A stretch of DNA of 64,000 nt from an uncultured Bacilli bacterium. GTDB lineage: Bacteria; Bacillota_I; Bacilli_A; RF39; UBA660. Location of the stretch: positions 35,781 through 99,780 of the forward strand of contig CAKOQQ010000001.1 in NCBI GenBank assembly GCA_934101425.1, given 5' to 3'. This document shows positions 37,290 through 45,934 of the stretch, in pieces. Within the stretch, counting starts at the first letter, position 1. Each line of letters opens with the position of its first letter. A program made the position numbers and the translations under genes. Below the pieces are notes generated by a model. That model was not told the origin of the DNA, made no database searches, and saw only the letters and a list, made by a program, of their open reading frames with translations.

Positions 37290-38519
37290 TTATTTTATAC
37301 CATGAGTACGAATATAATTATGTATTACTTTTGAGCCTTCCTTACCAATGTGATTTATATCACCACTTTTTTCATATCCACTTTTTAAATGTCCTTCGCT
37401 ATTTTTTAATGATTCAGCCACATTTAAGAAATATACATTTTCTTCTTCGCACATTTCAGCTAAATAGTAGTTATATTTGTTTATTTTTTCATTAGTTAAA
37501 TTACCTTTTAAACTAGTAGCTTTTGGTACTGGAAGTATTGATTGAATAACTACTACTGTATTTGGACTAGATTCTTTTATTTCTTTTATTAATTCTCTAT
37601 AGTTAGATATAAAGAAATCTTTTTCTTCTGTTGCAACAGAATTTTCACCAAGAGCGATAATTATTTTTTTTGGCTTCTTTTCTTTTACCATTTCTACTAA
37701 TGTTTTACCGGTTTCTTGATAATTTACATCTATTTTAGCCGTTAACATTTGTTCTGAAGTAGCTCCATTTTTCTTCCATAAAGCTACTGGATAATAACTT
37801 TTATAATATATGAAAGTAGAATCTCCAGCAAATACGAAACTATTCGCATAATTTTCTCCCATATCACTTGTTTCTTTTAATATAGCTTTAGTAAAATATC
37901 CATCTAAACTAAAATCAGTTAAAGATTGTTCAGTAGGACTATTGGTAACTACTTTTACTACTCTAGTTTCTTTAGCTTCATTACCACTATTATCTCTTAC
38001 AGTATATGATACTTCATATGTACCTTCTTTAGTACTATCTATATTATTAGTAATTTTTACATTTTTAGTAATATCTTTATCTAAATTATCTGATGCTGTA
38101 TAACCCGGTTCATTATATTTTTCGTTTTTCTTAAGTACTACAGTGCCACCTTTTAATATAATAGTTGGTTTTATACTATCTTTTATTCTAACTAATTTTT
38201 TAGTACTAACACTTTTTTTACCTTCCCTATAAGTAAAAGTTACTTCATATTTGCCACTTTTATAACTAATATCAGTTACTTCTACATTACTAGTTACATC
38301 TTTCTTCTTATAAGTAGCTTTAAAACTAATGTCTACACCACTTTCATTAGAAATAAAGTATTCTTCACTTATATTTATTTTTAAATTACTTTTAAATATT
38401 AATTTTATTAGTCCTATAAATAAGTATATTATTAAAAATAATACTACTAATGCTGTAAAAACTCTTTTATAATTTAATCTTCTTTTCTTTTTCTTAGCCA
38501 TTTTTATCCTCCATATCAT
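37290..38519 (-). CDS. Membrane-anchored protein with a DUF5011 Ig-like domain and a C-terminal SGNH/GDSL hydrolase domain
   Basis: N-terminal transmembrane helix. The Ig-like segment (IKPTIILKGG...YNEPGYTASDNLDKDIT...GTYEVSYTVRDNSGNEAKETRVVKV) is the same type of domain as in the tandem pilins. SGNH blocks present: VFAGDST, ALGEN, DINH. Confidence 0.6.
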   Translation of the reverse strand: MIWRIKMAKKKKRRLNYKRVFTALVVLFLIIYLFIGLIKLIFKSNLKINISEEYFISNESGVDISFKATYKKKDVTSNVEVTDISYKSGKYEVTFTYREGKKSVSTKKLVRIKDSIKPTIILKGGTVVLKKNEKYNEPGYTASDNLDKDITKNVKITNNIDSTKEGTYEVSYTVRDNSGNEAKETRVVKVVTNSPTEQSLTDFSLDGYFTKAILKETSDMGENYANSFVFAGDSTFIYYKSYYPVALWKKNGATSEQMLTAKIDVNYQETGKTLVEMVKEKKPKKIIIALGENSVATEEKDFFISNYRELIKEIKESSPNTVVVIQSILPVPKATSLKGNLTNEKINKYNYYLAEMCEEENVYFLNVAESLKNSEGHLKSGYEKSGDINHIGKEGSKVIHNYIRTHGIK

Positions 38520-38574
38520 AATAACGATTATAACACAAAATTAATATAATAAAAAGGATAGTTTAACTATCCTT

Positions 38575-39474
38575 CTATATTTTAGATAATACTGTTACTA
38601 ATCCTAAACTTGGTAAGTCAAGTGTCATATACCCATACTCACTATCAAACTCAGTTAATTCAATTAATGATACTTCTTCAGTATTAGGATTTATTAGCAT
38701 AACTAATAAATTATTCATTTCTTCTACTTTAGCGGCTTCACATGTAAATGTTAAAGTTATATTTTTATCATGAGTAAATGATAAAGTATTGCCTTCTTTT
38801 ATAGCTATATCATAAATAGGTGTTAAAGCATCATAATCTTCTACATTTACTTTTACTCCTGTAGTAGTTACTAAATTAGTTGTGTTTTTATTTAAAGCAT
38901 TAAGTAATTCTTCAAATGTAACTATTTCATCATCACTATTAAATCTTTCTACAGCCTTACTTACTAAAGTACTAGAATATCTTTTAGGATTAGATATATA
39001 TACTTTAATATTACTATTTCCAACTAAAATATTTTCTATGATAAAGCCTGCTCTACCATCTGTAAGTACTGGATTATCTTCTATTACTGGTGTTTCTATA
39101 GTGCATTCACTTTCATCTGTTTTAGTGCTTGTAATAGTTCCATTAGATGATACTTCAATGCAGTATCCTGATATATACATTTTACCACTTGCATTACCGT
39201 TAGTATCATAACTAAGTAATCCTTTTTTAGCTTGTTCTCCATCATATTTTAATGTGTTAGTGCTTAAATCAACATTAGAATTTGGCTTATTATCCATTTT
39301 ATTTTGCATATAATGTTTTTTTGCAGTGTCTACTATATTTCTTGCACTTGCTTCTGCTGCACTTTTCTTTGAGTCTTCTATAATATTTAATACTGCAGGG
39401 GTTGCAATTAGTGCTATTACTGCTAATATTACTATAACCGCTAATAGCTCTATTAATGTAAATCCTTTTTTCAT
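38575..39474 (-). CDS. Type IV pilin-like protein, paralog of 8027 and 44825
   Basis: MKKGFTLIELLAVIVILAVIALIATPAVLNIIEDSKK plus the shared ~125-aa N-terminal domain. I trimmed the start to the ATG that follows a GGAAG RBS. It appears co-transcribed with the upstream DUF368-like gene. Confidence 0.8.
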   Translation of the reverse strand: MKKGFTLIELLAVIVILAVIALIATPAVLNIIEDSKKSAAEASARNIVDTAKKHYMQNKMDNKPNSNVDLSTNTLKYDGEQAKKGLLSYDTNGNASGKMYISGYCIEVSSNGTITSTKTDESECTIETPVIEDNPVLTDGRAGFIIENILVGNSNIKVYISNPKRYSSTLVSKAVERFNSDDEIVTFEELLNALNKNTTNLVTTTGVKVNVEDYDALTPIYDIAIKEGNTLSFTHDKNITLTFTCEAAKVEEMNNLLVMLINPNTEEVSLIELTEFDSEYGYMTLDLPSLGLVTVLSKI

Positions 39475-39529
39475 ATAATCTTCCTTTTCACAAAAATAAT
39501 TATAACATACTATCAAATATTTTTAAATT

Positions 39530-40303
39530 CTATTTATTTAATTTATAACCAAAATATATACCAGTAATAAACAAGATTATTCCTATAATGTATTCATGTA
39601 TTAAATAAGTACTTATAATCATTTTTAATAAAACTAAAATAGATGATAATGAAAAACCTAATATAACAAAATAAAAGTCTATTTTATAATTATCGAGTAA
39701 ATACTTTATTAACTTTGTTAGCAAAAAAAGAAATATTGCCATACCTAATAAAAAAGGCACTAGATCTATTATTAATAATTTACTAAACATCGTCATTATG
39801 TAATTATAACTACCTAACATTAAATGGATACTAGTTCCACTTACTCCTGGTACTATCATGCTTATTAGTTCTATACCACCTAGCATAATAAGCGTTATAA
39901 AACTATAATTAGTTATTTTTATATTTACATTATTAATTAATATCATTAAAAGTATGGGAATAATACTAAGTAAGATGTTTTTTATAGTAATTTTTGATTT
40001 AATTTCTACTAATATTTCTTTTAATCCGCCAATAATTAGTCCTATAAAAAGTAACATAGTCCAAAAATAATAGTTATTTACAAAATATAGCACAACATTA
40101 CTAAAAAAAACTATAGAAATACCCATTCCAATACTTAATAATGTCAAATATTGTATACTTTTTTTGTTAAATAAATTATTTAAAGCTCTAATACTTTCTT
40201 CGTATACTCCTAAGCTAATTGCAAGTACAGCTCCACTTACTCCTGGTAGTATTTTACCTATGCCAATTATAAAACCATATAGTATTAATTTAAACATATT
40301 CAC
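39530..40303 (-). CDS. Polytopic membrane protein with a duplicated PGVSG motif (DUF368-like)
   Basis: 257 aa, about 8 transmembrane segments, with internal repeats ILPGVSGAVLAISLG and IVPGVSGTSIHLMLG. Confidence 0.4.
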   Translation of the reverse strand: MNMFKLILYGFIIGIGKILPGVSGAVLAISLGVYEESIRALNNLFNKKSIQYLTLLSIGMGISIVFFSNVVLYFVNNYYFWTMLLFIGLIIGGLKEILVEIKSKITIKNILLSIIPILLMILINNVNIKITNYSFITLIMLGGIELISMIVPGVSGTSIHLMLGSYNYIMTMFSKLLIIDLVPFLLGMAIFLFLLTKLIKYLLDNYKIDFYFVILGFSLSSILVLLKMIISTYLIHEYIIGIILFITGIYFGYKLNK

Positions 40304-40351
40304 CTCTATACATTGTATTTATTTATATGGTAAAATATTATTGGTGATGAT

Positions 40352-41734
40352 ATGTATGATGTAGCGGTAGTAGGAGCTGGTCCTGCTGGATTATTTGCTT
40401 GTTATGAACTTATAGAAAATAATCCCAAATTAAAAGTAATATTAATAGACAAAGGTAAAAAAGCAGAAAATAGAGTATGCCCTATGACTAAAAATGGTGG
40501 CAAATGTTTAAATTGTAATCCATGTGCAATTTTATCAGGTTATGGCGGAGCTGGAACTTTTTCTGATGGCAAATTAAATTTTATTCCTAAACTTGGTAAA
40601 TCTGATTTATTTAAATATATGAGTATAACAGAAGCTAATAAACTAATTGACGATACTGAAGTTATATTTAATAAATTTCATATGGATGCCGAAGTATATC
40701 CATCAAATATTGATGAAGCAAATGAAATAAAAAAAGAAGTAGCTAAAACAGGAGCTAGACTTTTACTTATTCGTCAAAAACACTTAGGTAGTGATAAGTT
40801 ACCTCACTATATTAAAGAATTTAGTGATTATTTAGAAAACAAAGGTGTAACTTTAAAAGAAAACTTAGATGTACTTGATATTAAAAGTATTAAAAAAGAT
40901 GAACATGAAATAATAACTAATAAAGAAATTATAAAAGCTAAAAAAGTTATAGTAGCACCTGGTAGAACCGGCGCTAAATGGATACAAAGTCTAGCAGACA
41001 AATATAATATTTCTTATGTATCACAAAGTATAGAAATCGGTGTTAGGGTAGAAGTTAGAAAAGAAATATTAGAAGATATAACTAATGTAATATATGATCC
41101 TACAATATTTATTAAGACTGATACATATTCAGATGAAATAAGAACATTTTGTACTAATCCTGGTGGATTTGTTGCAAAAGAAAACTACTATGGATATATT
41201 TGTGTAAATGGACATTCGCTAAAAGACATTAAATCGGATAATTCTAATTTTGCTTTTATAAGTAAAGTTGGACTTACTCATCCTGTTACTAACACTAGAG
41301 AATATGGAGAATCTATAGCTCATATCGCTAATGTTCTTGGAGATTCTAAACCTATAATTCAAACACTTAGAGATTTGAAAAAAGGCAGAAGAAGTGAATG
41401 GAAAAGAATAAATAAAGGATTTATAGAACCTACACTAAAAGATTGTGTAGCAGGTGATTTAGCTTTAGTATTACCTCATAGAATAATTACTAATATAATA
41501 GAAGGGCTTGAAAAATTAGATAAAATTATTCCTGGTGTAAATAATGATGAAACACTTTTATATGGTCCTGAAATTAAATTCTTTAGTAATGAAATAACTA
41601 CTAATAATAATTTCAAATTAGAAGATTATGATATATATTTTGTAGGTGATGGAGCTGGCAAAGCAGGAAATATAGTTACAGCCGCTGCAACTGGTTTAGT
41701 AGCCGCTAGAGACATAATAAAGAACGCTAAATAG
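40352..41734 (+). CDS. FAD-dependent oxidoreductase (COG2509-type NAD(FAD)-utilising dehydrogenase)
   Basis: N-terminal Rossmann motif DVAVVGAGPAGLFA and C-terminal FVGDGAGKAGNIVTAAATG. 460 aa. Confidence 0.65.
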   Translation: MYDVAVVGAGPAGLFACYELIENNPKLKVILIDKGKKAENRVCPMTKNGGKCLNCNPCAILSGYGGAGTFSDGKLNFIPKLGKSDLFKYMSITEANKLIDDTEVIFNKFHMDAEVYPSNIDEANEIKKEVAKTGARLLLIRQKHLGSDKLPHYIKEFSDYLENKGVTLKENLDVLDIKSIKKDEHEIITNKEIIKAKKVIVAPGRTGAKWIQSLADKYNISYVSQSIEIGVRVEVRKEILEDITNVIYDPTIFIKTDTYSDEIRTFCTNPGGFVAKENYYGYICVNGHSLKDIKSDNSNFAFISKVGLTHPVTNTREYGESIAHIANVLGDSKPIIQTLRDLKKGRRSEWKRINKGFIEPTLKDCVAGDLALVLPHRIITNIIEGLEKLDKIIPGVNNDETLLYGPEIKFFSNEITTNNNFKLEDYDIYFVGDGAGKAGNIVTAAATGLVAARDIIKNAK

Positions 41735-41745
41735 CGTTCTTTTTC
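41722..41745. terminator. Bidirectional terminator between the FAD gene (+) and the P-type ATPase (-)
   Basis: GAACGCTA-aa-TAGCGTTC followed by TTTTTC. Confidence 0.5.
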
Positions 41746-44356
41746 ATACACCAGTATTTATACCTTTCTTCTTTAATATATATTTTCTTATAAAATCTAC
41801 AGGAATTACAGTACTAGATATAAGAATCATAATAAATAATTCTTTTAAAGTAAGACCAGAAGTTCTAAATATAGTACCACCATAATATATAAGTAAAAGT
41901 TGTATAACAAGTATTAAACTTATTATAAATATAAATACTCTATTTTTTATTAAATTAGATAATATATTAAGTCTATTAGTACGAGCATTAAAACTATTAA
42001 ATATAGATATAAATATAAATAAACCAAAAAAAGCAGTCATTAAGTATATATTATTTGGACTAGGTCTAAATAAACTATTTATAAATTTACTCTTTAAAAA
42101 GAATATACATAATAAAGATGAATATATACCAGTAAATAATATTTCATTTAGCATATAACTATTTATTATATGTTCATTTTTATTTTTAGGCTTTTCATGC
42201 ATATACTCAGTAAGAGCTGGTTCATAAGAAAAAGCAAGTCCAGCAAGAGTATCCATTACCATATTTATCCATAACATTTGAATAACTGTAACTGGTACTC
42301 CAACTCCTATGAATGGTCCTATTATTGATAAAGATACAGCACACAAATTTACAGTAAGCTGAAATATTATAAATTTTCTAATACTTTTAAATATTGTTCT
42401 ACCATACAAAATAGCAGATGTAATAGATTTAAAATTATCATCTAATATAACAATATCAGCAGCTTCCTTAGCAACTTCAGTCCCACTTCCCATAGCAAAT
42501 CCTATATCAGCTTTTTTTAAAGCAGGAGCATCGTTTACTCCATCTCCAGTCATACCTACTACTAAATCCATTTCTTGAGATAATCTAACTAATCTACTTT
42601 TATCAATAGGTAAAGCTCTAGCAACTACTCTTATTTTACTTAATTTTTGTTTTACTTCTTCATCAGTCATCTTATCTAACTCATCACTAGTTAAAACTAA
42701 ACTATCTTTTTCAATTAAACCTATTTCATTAGCAATATTATAAGCAGTATCTTTATTATCTCCTGTAATCATAACAGTTTGTATGCCAGAAGATTTAACT
42801 AATTGAATGCTTTCTTTAATATTTTTTCTTATTTCATCTTTTATAAGAATAATACCTACTAAAGTTATACTTCTTGTAGTAGCAGAAAAAGTACCTACTA
42901 ATATTACTCTAATACCTCTTTTAGTATAACTATCAATTAAACTATTAATTTTACTTTTACTATATATTTTCTTTATATTACCTAAATTATCATAATAATT
43001 AGTTACATAAGGTAATATTTTTTCTGGTGCCCCTTTAATTAAATTTATATTATCAGTATAAGTAATTGAATACTTATTTTTGCTATCAAAAGGTACCACT
43101 TTATTTTTATTTATTTTTACTTCTTCCATAAAAAAACCTAGTAAAGCTCTATCAGTAATATTACTACCAGTAATTACATTATTTTCAATAAAACTATCAT
43201 TGTTACCAACCATACTAAGTTTTAATATGTCATAATACTTTCTATTTTTTATTTCATTCTTATTGTAATAGTGATTTAAATCTCCATCTATTACATCAAT
43301 TACTTCTAATTTACCATTTGTAAGAGTCCCTGTTTTATCAGTAAATAAAATATTTATATTTCCAGAAGTTTCTATACCTACTAATTTTCTTACTAAAACA
43401 TTATTTTTAAGCATACGCTTCATATTTGATGATAATACTAAAGTAATCATCATAGGAAGTCCTTCTGGTACAGCTACTACTATAACAGTTACAGTAAGAG
43501 TTAGTGCATATAAAATATAGCCAAACATTAATCTAAAGTTAGTTATAGTATTTATAATATTATTTATATTATAACCATTATCAATTACTATAACTTTAAA
43601 TAAATAAGAAAAACTAACTAAAAATGAGGCTATATATCCTAATTTGCTAATAATAGATGCTAACTTACGTAATCTTATTTTTAAAGGACTATCTATTTTC
43701 TTTTCTTGTAGTTCTAATGATAACTTACCATAAAAAGTATTATTACCAACACTAGTAACTTTCATTTTACCTCTTTTACTATATACAGTAGTTCCTCTAT
43801 ATAAAGTGTTTTCATAAATAGTTTTAACAGCTTCTTTAGTTTCACCATTTATAGATGATTCATTTACTTCAATAGTTCCTTCAATTAAAATTCCATCGGC
43901 AGGTATCATATCACCAGACTCTAATAAAACAATATCACCTACTACAATATCATCTATATTTACAGTTACTAATTTATTATCTCTATATACTTTTGCTTTT
44001 AATTTAGAAGATTCTTCTTGCAACTTTATAAAAGCTTTTTCACTACCATATTCAGATATAGTAGATATAAAAGATGCTAAAAATATAGCTATTACTATAC
44101 CAATAGTTTCATACCAATCAAAATTTTTCATAAAGAATACTAATTTAATTGCAAGAGCTATTAAAAGAATTCTAATTATAGGATCTCCAAAAGATTCTAA
44201 TAATAAACTTAAAAAACTATTCTTTTTGCTAGTTGTTATACTATTATTTCCATATTTATTTCTACTAATTTCTACCTCTTTGAAATCAAGTCCCATATTG
44301 CCTCCTAATAAAGTATATAAACTACTTTCTTTATTAGAAGAAAATTTATTCGACAA
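41744..44356 (-). CDS. Cation-transporting P-type ATPase (type IIA, Ca2+-ATPase-like)
   Basis: DKTGTLT phosphorylation site, MITGDN, GDGVNDAPALKKADIGFAMG, and 10 transmembrane segments. 870 aa. Confidence 0.85.
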   Translation of the reverse strand: MSNKFSSNKESSLYTLLGGNMGLDFKEVEISRNKYGNNSITTSKKNSFLSLLLESFGDPIIRILLIALAIKLVFFMKNFDWYETIGIVIAIFLASFISTISEYGSEKAFIKLQEESSKLKAKVYRDNKLVTVNIDDIVVGDIVLLESGDMIPADGILIEGTIEVNESSINGETKEAVKTIYENTLYRGTTVYSKRGKMKVTSVGNNTFYGKLSLELQEKKIDSPLKIRLRKLASIISKLGYIASFLVSFSYLFKVIVIDNGYNINNIINTITNFRLMFGYILYALTLTVTVIVVAVPEGLPMMITLVLSSNMKRMLKNNVLVRKLVGIETSGNINILFTDKTGTLTNGKLEVIDVIDGDLNHYYNKNEIKNRKYYDILKLSMVGNNDSFIENNVITGSNITDRALLGFFMEEVKINKNKVVPFDSKNKYSITYTDNINLIKGAPEKILPYVTNYYDNLGNIKKIYSKSKINSLIDSYTKRGIRVILVGTFSATTRSITLVGIILIKDEIRKNIKESIQLVKSSGIQTVMITGDNKDTAYNIANEIGLIEKDSLVLTSDELDKMTDEEVKQKLSKIRVVARALPIDKSRLVRLSQEMDLVVGMTGDGVNDAPALKKADIGFAMGSGTEVAKEAADIVILDDNFKSITSAILYGRTIFKSIRKFIIFQLTVNLCAVSLSIIGPFIGVGVPVTVIQMLWINMVMDTLAGLAFSYEPALTEYMHEKPKNKNEHIINSYMLNEILFTGIYSSLLCIFFLKSKFINSLFRPSPNNIYLMTAFFGLFIFISIFNSFNARTNRLNILSNLIKNRVFIFIISLILVIQLLLIYYGGTIFRTSGLTLKELFIMILISSTVIPVDFIRKYILKKKGINTGV

Positions 44357-44367
44357 AAAAAGTAGAA

Positions 44368-44763
44368 TTATCTTTCTACTTTTCTTTTTACTAATTCTTT
44401 AGCTTTCATAACAGCTAATTCTTTTTTAGCTACTTCATCACCATAAGAAGCAAGAACAGAAACCATTATCTTATCATATTTAACAGAAACACCAGCATAT
44501 CTAGAATTAGACATTACATAATGATCTACATCACTTGGTAATACTTTACCACTTAAAATTCTATTTTTTAATTCATGGCATTTAACAAGTGACATCTTTT
44601 TTGTATCTATATCTACAAAAATAGGTGTTACACTAATTCCAGCATCTTTCATTAATGTTTCAAATATTTGATAAGAAACTTCTCCTCTTTCAAATTTAGA
44701 TAATCTAAAACCAATTTGCATAACTTCAGGTGAAGTTAAAACATCTCTATAATTTTTTTCCAT
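44368..44763 (-). CDS. Hypothetical cytoplasmic protein
   Basis: I trimmed the start to MEKNYRDV, which follows a GGGGGT RBS. A candidate TTGACA-17-TATTAT promoter lies upstream. I do not recognise a family. Confidence 0.35.
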   Translation of the reverse strand: MEKNYRDVLTSPEVMQIGFRLSKFERGEVSYQIFETLMKDAGISVTPIFVDIDTKKMSLVKCHELKNRILSGKVLPSDVDHYVMSNSRYAGVSVKYDKIMVSVLASYGDEVAKKELAVMKAKELVKRKVER

Positions 44764-44824
44764 ATTAAAACCCCCATTTGTGTTATATATAATAACACCA
44801 AAATAGGAGTTTGTCAAAATTTAA

Positions 44825-45733
44825 CTATACCTTCATTGCAAACATCGTAGGGCCAAGGATTGGTAATGTTACAGTTGCATATCCATTTTTTTCGTCATAA
44901 TCACTTAAAGAAACAAAATATACTTTTCCAGTTTCAGAATCTACTTGTATAACTATTAAATCTTCTTTTGTTAGATTTTTAATACCTTCTGATTCTATAA
45001 TAAGTTCTATTTCTGAACTTGTTTCAAAAGATAATGTATTATTTTCTAAGATAGCGATATCATAAAAACTAGTAAATATTTCATAATTATTTAAATTAAT
45101 AACTTCGCCACTAGTATTTTTAATATTTTCTGTTGTATCAACAGACAAGTTAGTTAACATATCTTGTAAGTTCATTGTAGAATTTTCTTTATTGCGATTT
45201 TTTACTACTTCTCCAACAGTTTTGTTAAGATAAGCATCTGGCCTTGCTACATATGCGCCAATATTTGAGTTTCCTGATATAACTTTATTAACAGCAATAC
45301 CATTAAAAGCATCTGAAGCTACTGGATTATCAGTAGTTGTTGAATCATTTTCTATACTACATTCACTTTCTTTTACTTTGTCACTACTTACTGTTCCATC
45401 GCTTTTAATTTCTACACAGTAACCTGATACATACATTTTTCCATATGCATTACCATTCTTATCATAGCTTATAGATCCTTTAGTAGCTTGTTCACCATCA
45501 TATGCTAAAGTCTTTTTGGATAAGTCTATTGTTCCTATGCTTATGTTATCCATTAAATTTTGCATATAATATGATTTTGCTGCACTCACTATATTTCTTG
45601 CACTTGCTTCTGCTGCTGCTTTTTTAGAGTCTTCTATAATATTTAATACTGCAGGAGTTGCAATTAGTGCTATTACTGCTAGTATCACTATTACGGCTAA
45701 GAGCTCTATTAATGTAAATCCTTTCTTTTTCAT
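44825..45733 (-). CDS. Type IV pilin-like protein, paralog of 8027 and 38575
   Basis: MKKKGFTLIELLAVIVILAVIALIATPAVLNIIEDSKKAAAEASARNIVSAAK... Its N-terminal ~125 aa are near-identical to the other two. The C-terminal region is related to that of 38575. Confidence 0.8.
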   Translation of the reverse strand: MKKKGFTLIELLAVIVILAVIALIATPAVLNIIEDSKKAAAEASARNIVSAAKSYYMQNLMDNISIGTIDLSKKTLAYDGEQATKGSISYDKNGNAYGKMYVSGYCVEIKSDGTVSSDKVKESECSIENDSTTTDNPVASDAFNGIAVNKVISGNSNIGAYVARPDAYLNKTVGEVVKNRNKENSTMNLQDMLTNLSVDTTENIKNTSGEVINLNNYEIFTSFYDIAILENNTLSFETSSEIELIIESEGIKNLTKEDLIVIQVDSETGKVYFVSLSDYDEKNGYATVTLPILGPTMFAMKV

Positions 45734-45757
45734 ATTCCCTCCTTCTATTTATAAGAA

Positions 45758-45792
45758 AACAAAAAAAACACAAAAATCCAGGAATTTCCTAG
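45758..45792 (-). terminator. Attenuator-like hairpin plus U-tract in the pilin leader (copy B)
   Basis: Minus-strand CTAGG-AAATT-CCTGG (one G.U wobble relative to copy A) followed by ATTTTTGTGTTTTTTTTG. Confidence 0.4.
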
Positions 45793-45814
45793 TTTTTATG
45801 TTTTATATACATGA

Positions 45815-45880
45815 CTAATAGATGGTTATTAAATATACCCTCACGCAAATGTGAGAAGCATTATAATTTGTATTAGCCAT
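45815..45880 (-). CDS. Conserved 21-aa upstream small ORF (MANTNYNASHICVRVYLITIY), paralog of 9040..9099
   Basis: AAGGAAGTG RBS followed by an ATG. The N-terminus MANT.N.S.I is shared with copy A. It contains an internal inverted repeat CTCACatttgcGTGAG. Confidence 0.4.
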   Translation of the reverse strand: MANTNYNASHICVRVYLITIY

Positions 45881-45903
45881 ATACTTCACTTCCTTATTGT
45901 ATA

Positions 45904-45932
45904 AGTATAATACTTTTTATTTTGTTTGTAAA
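45904..45932 (-). promoter_or_regulatory. Promoter TTTACA-17-TATACT (copy B), identical in architecture to 9123..9151
   Basis: -35 at plus 45927..45932 and -10 at plus 45904..45909. Confidence 0.45.
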
Positions 45933-45934
45933 TA

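Noticed and set aside
39530-40303. Considered whether this polytopic membrane protein, encoded just upstream of a pilin gene, is the missing prepilin peptidase (PilD)
   Set aside because: It lacks the paired catalytic Asp motifs and the cytoplasmic Cys-rich loop of A24 peptidases. It has a duplicated PGVSG motif instead, which is more like DUF368/UppP-type proteins.
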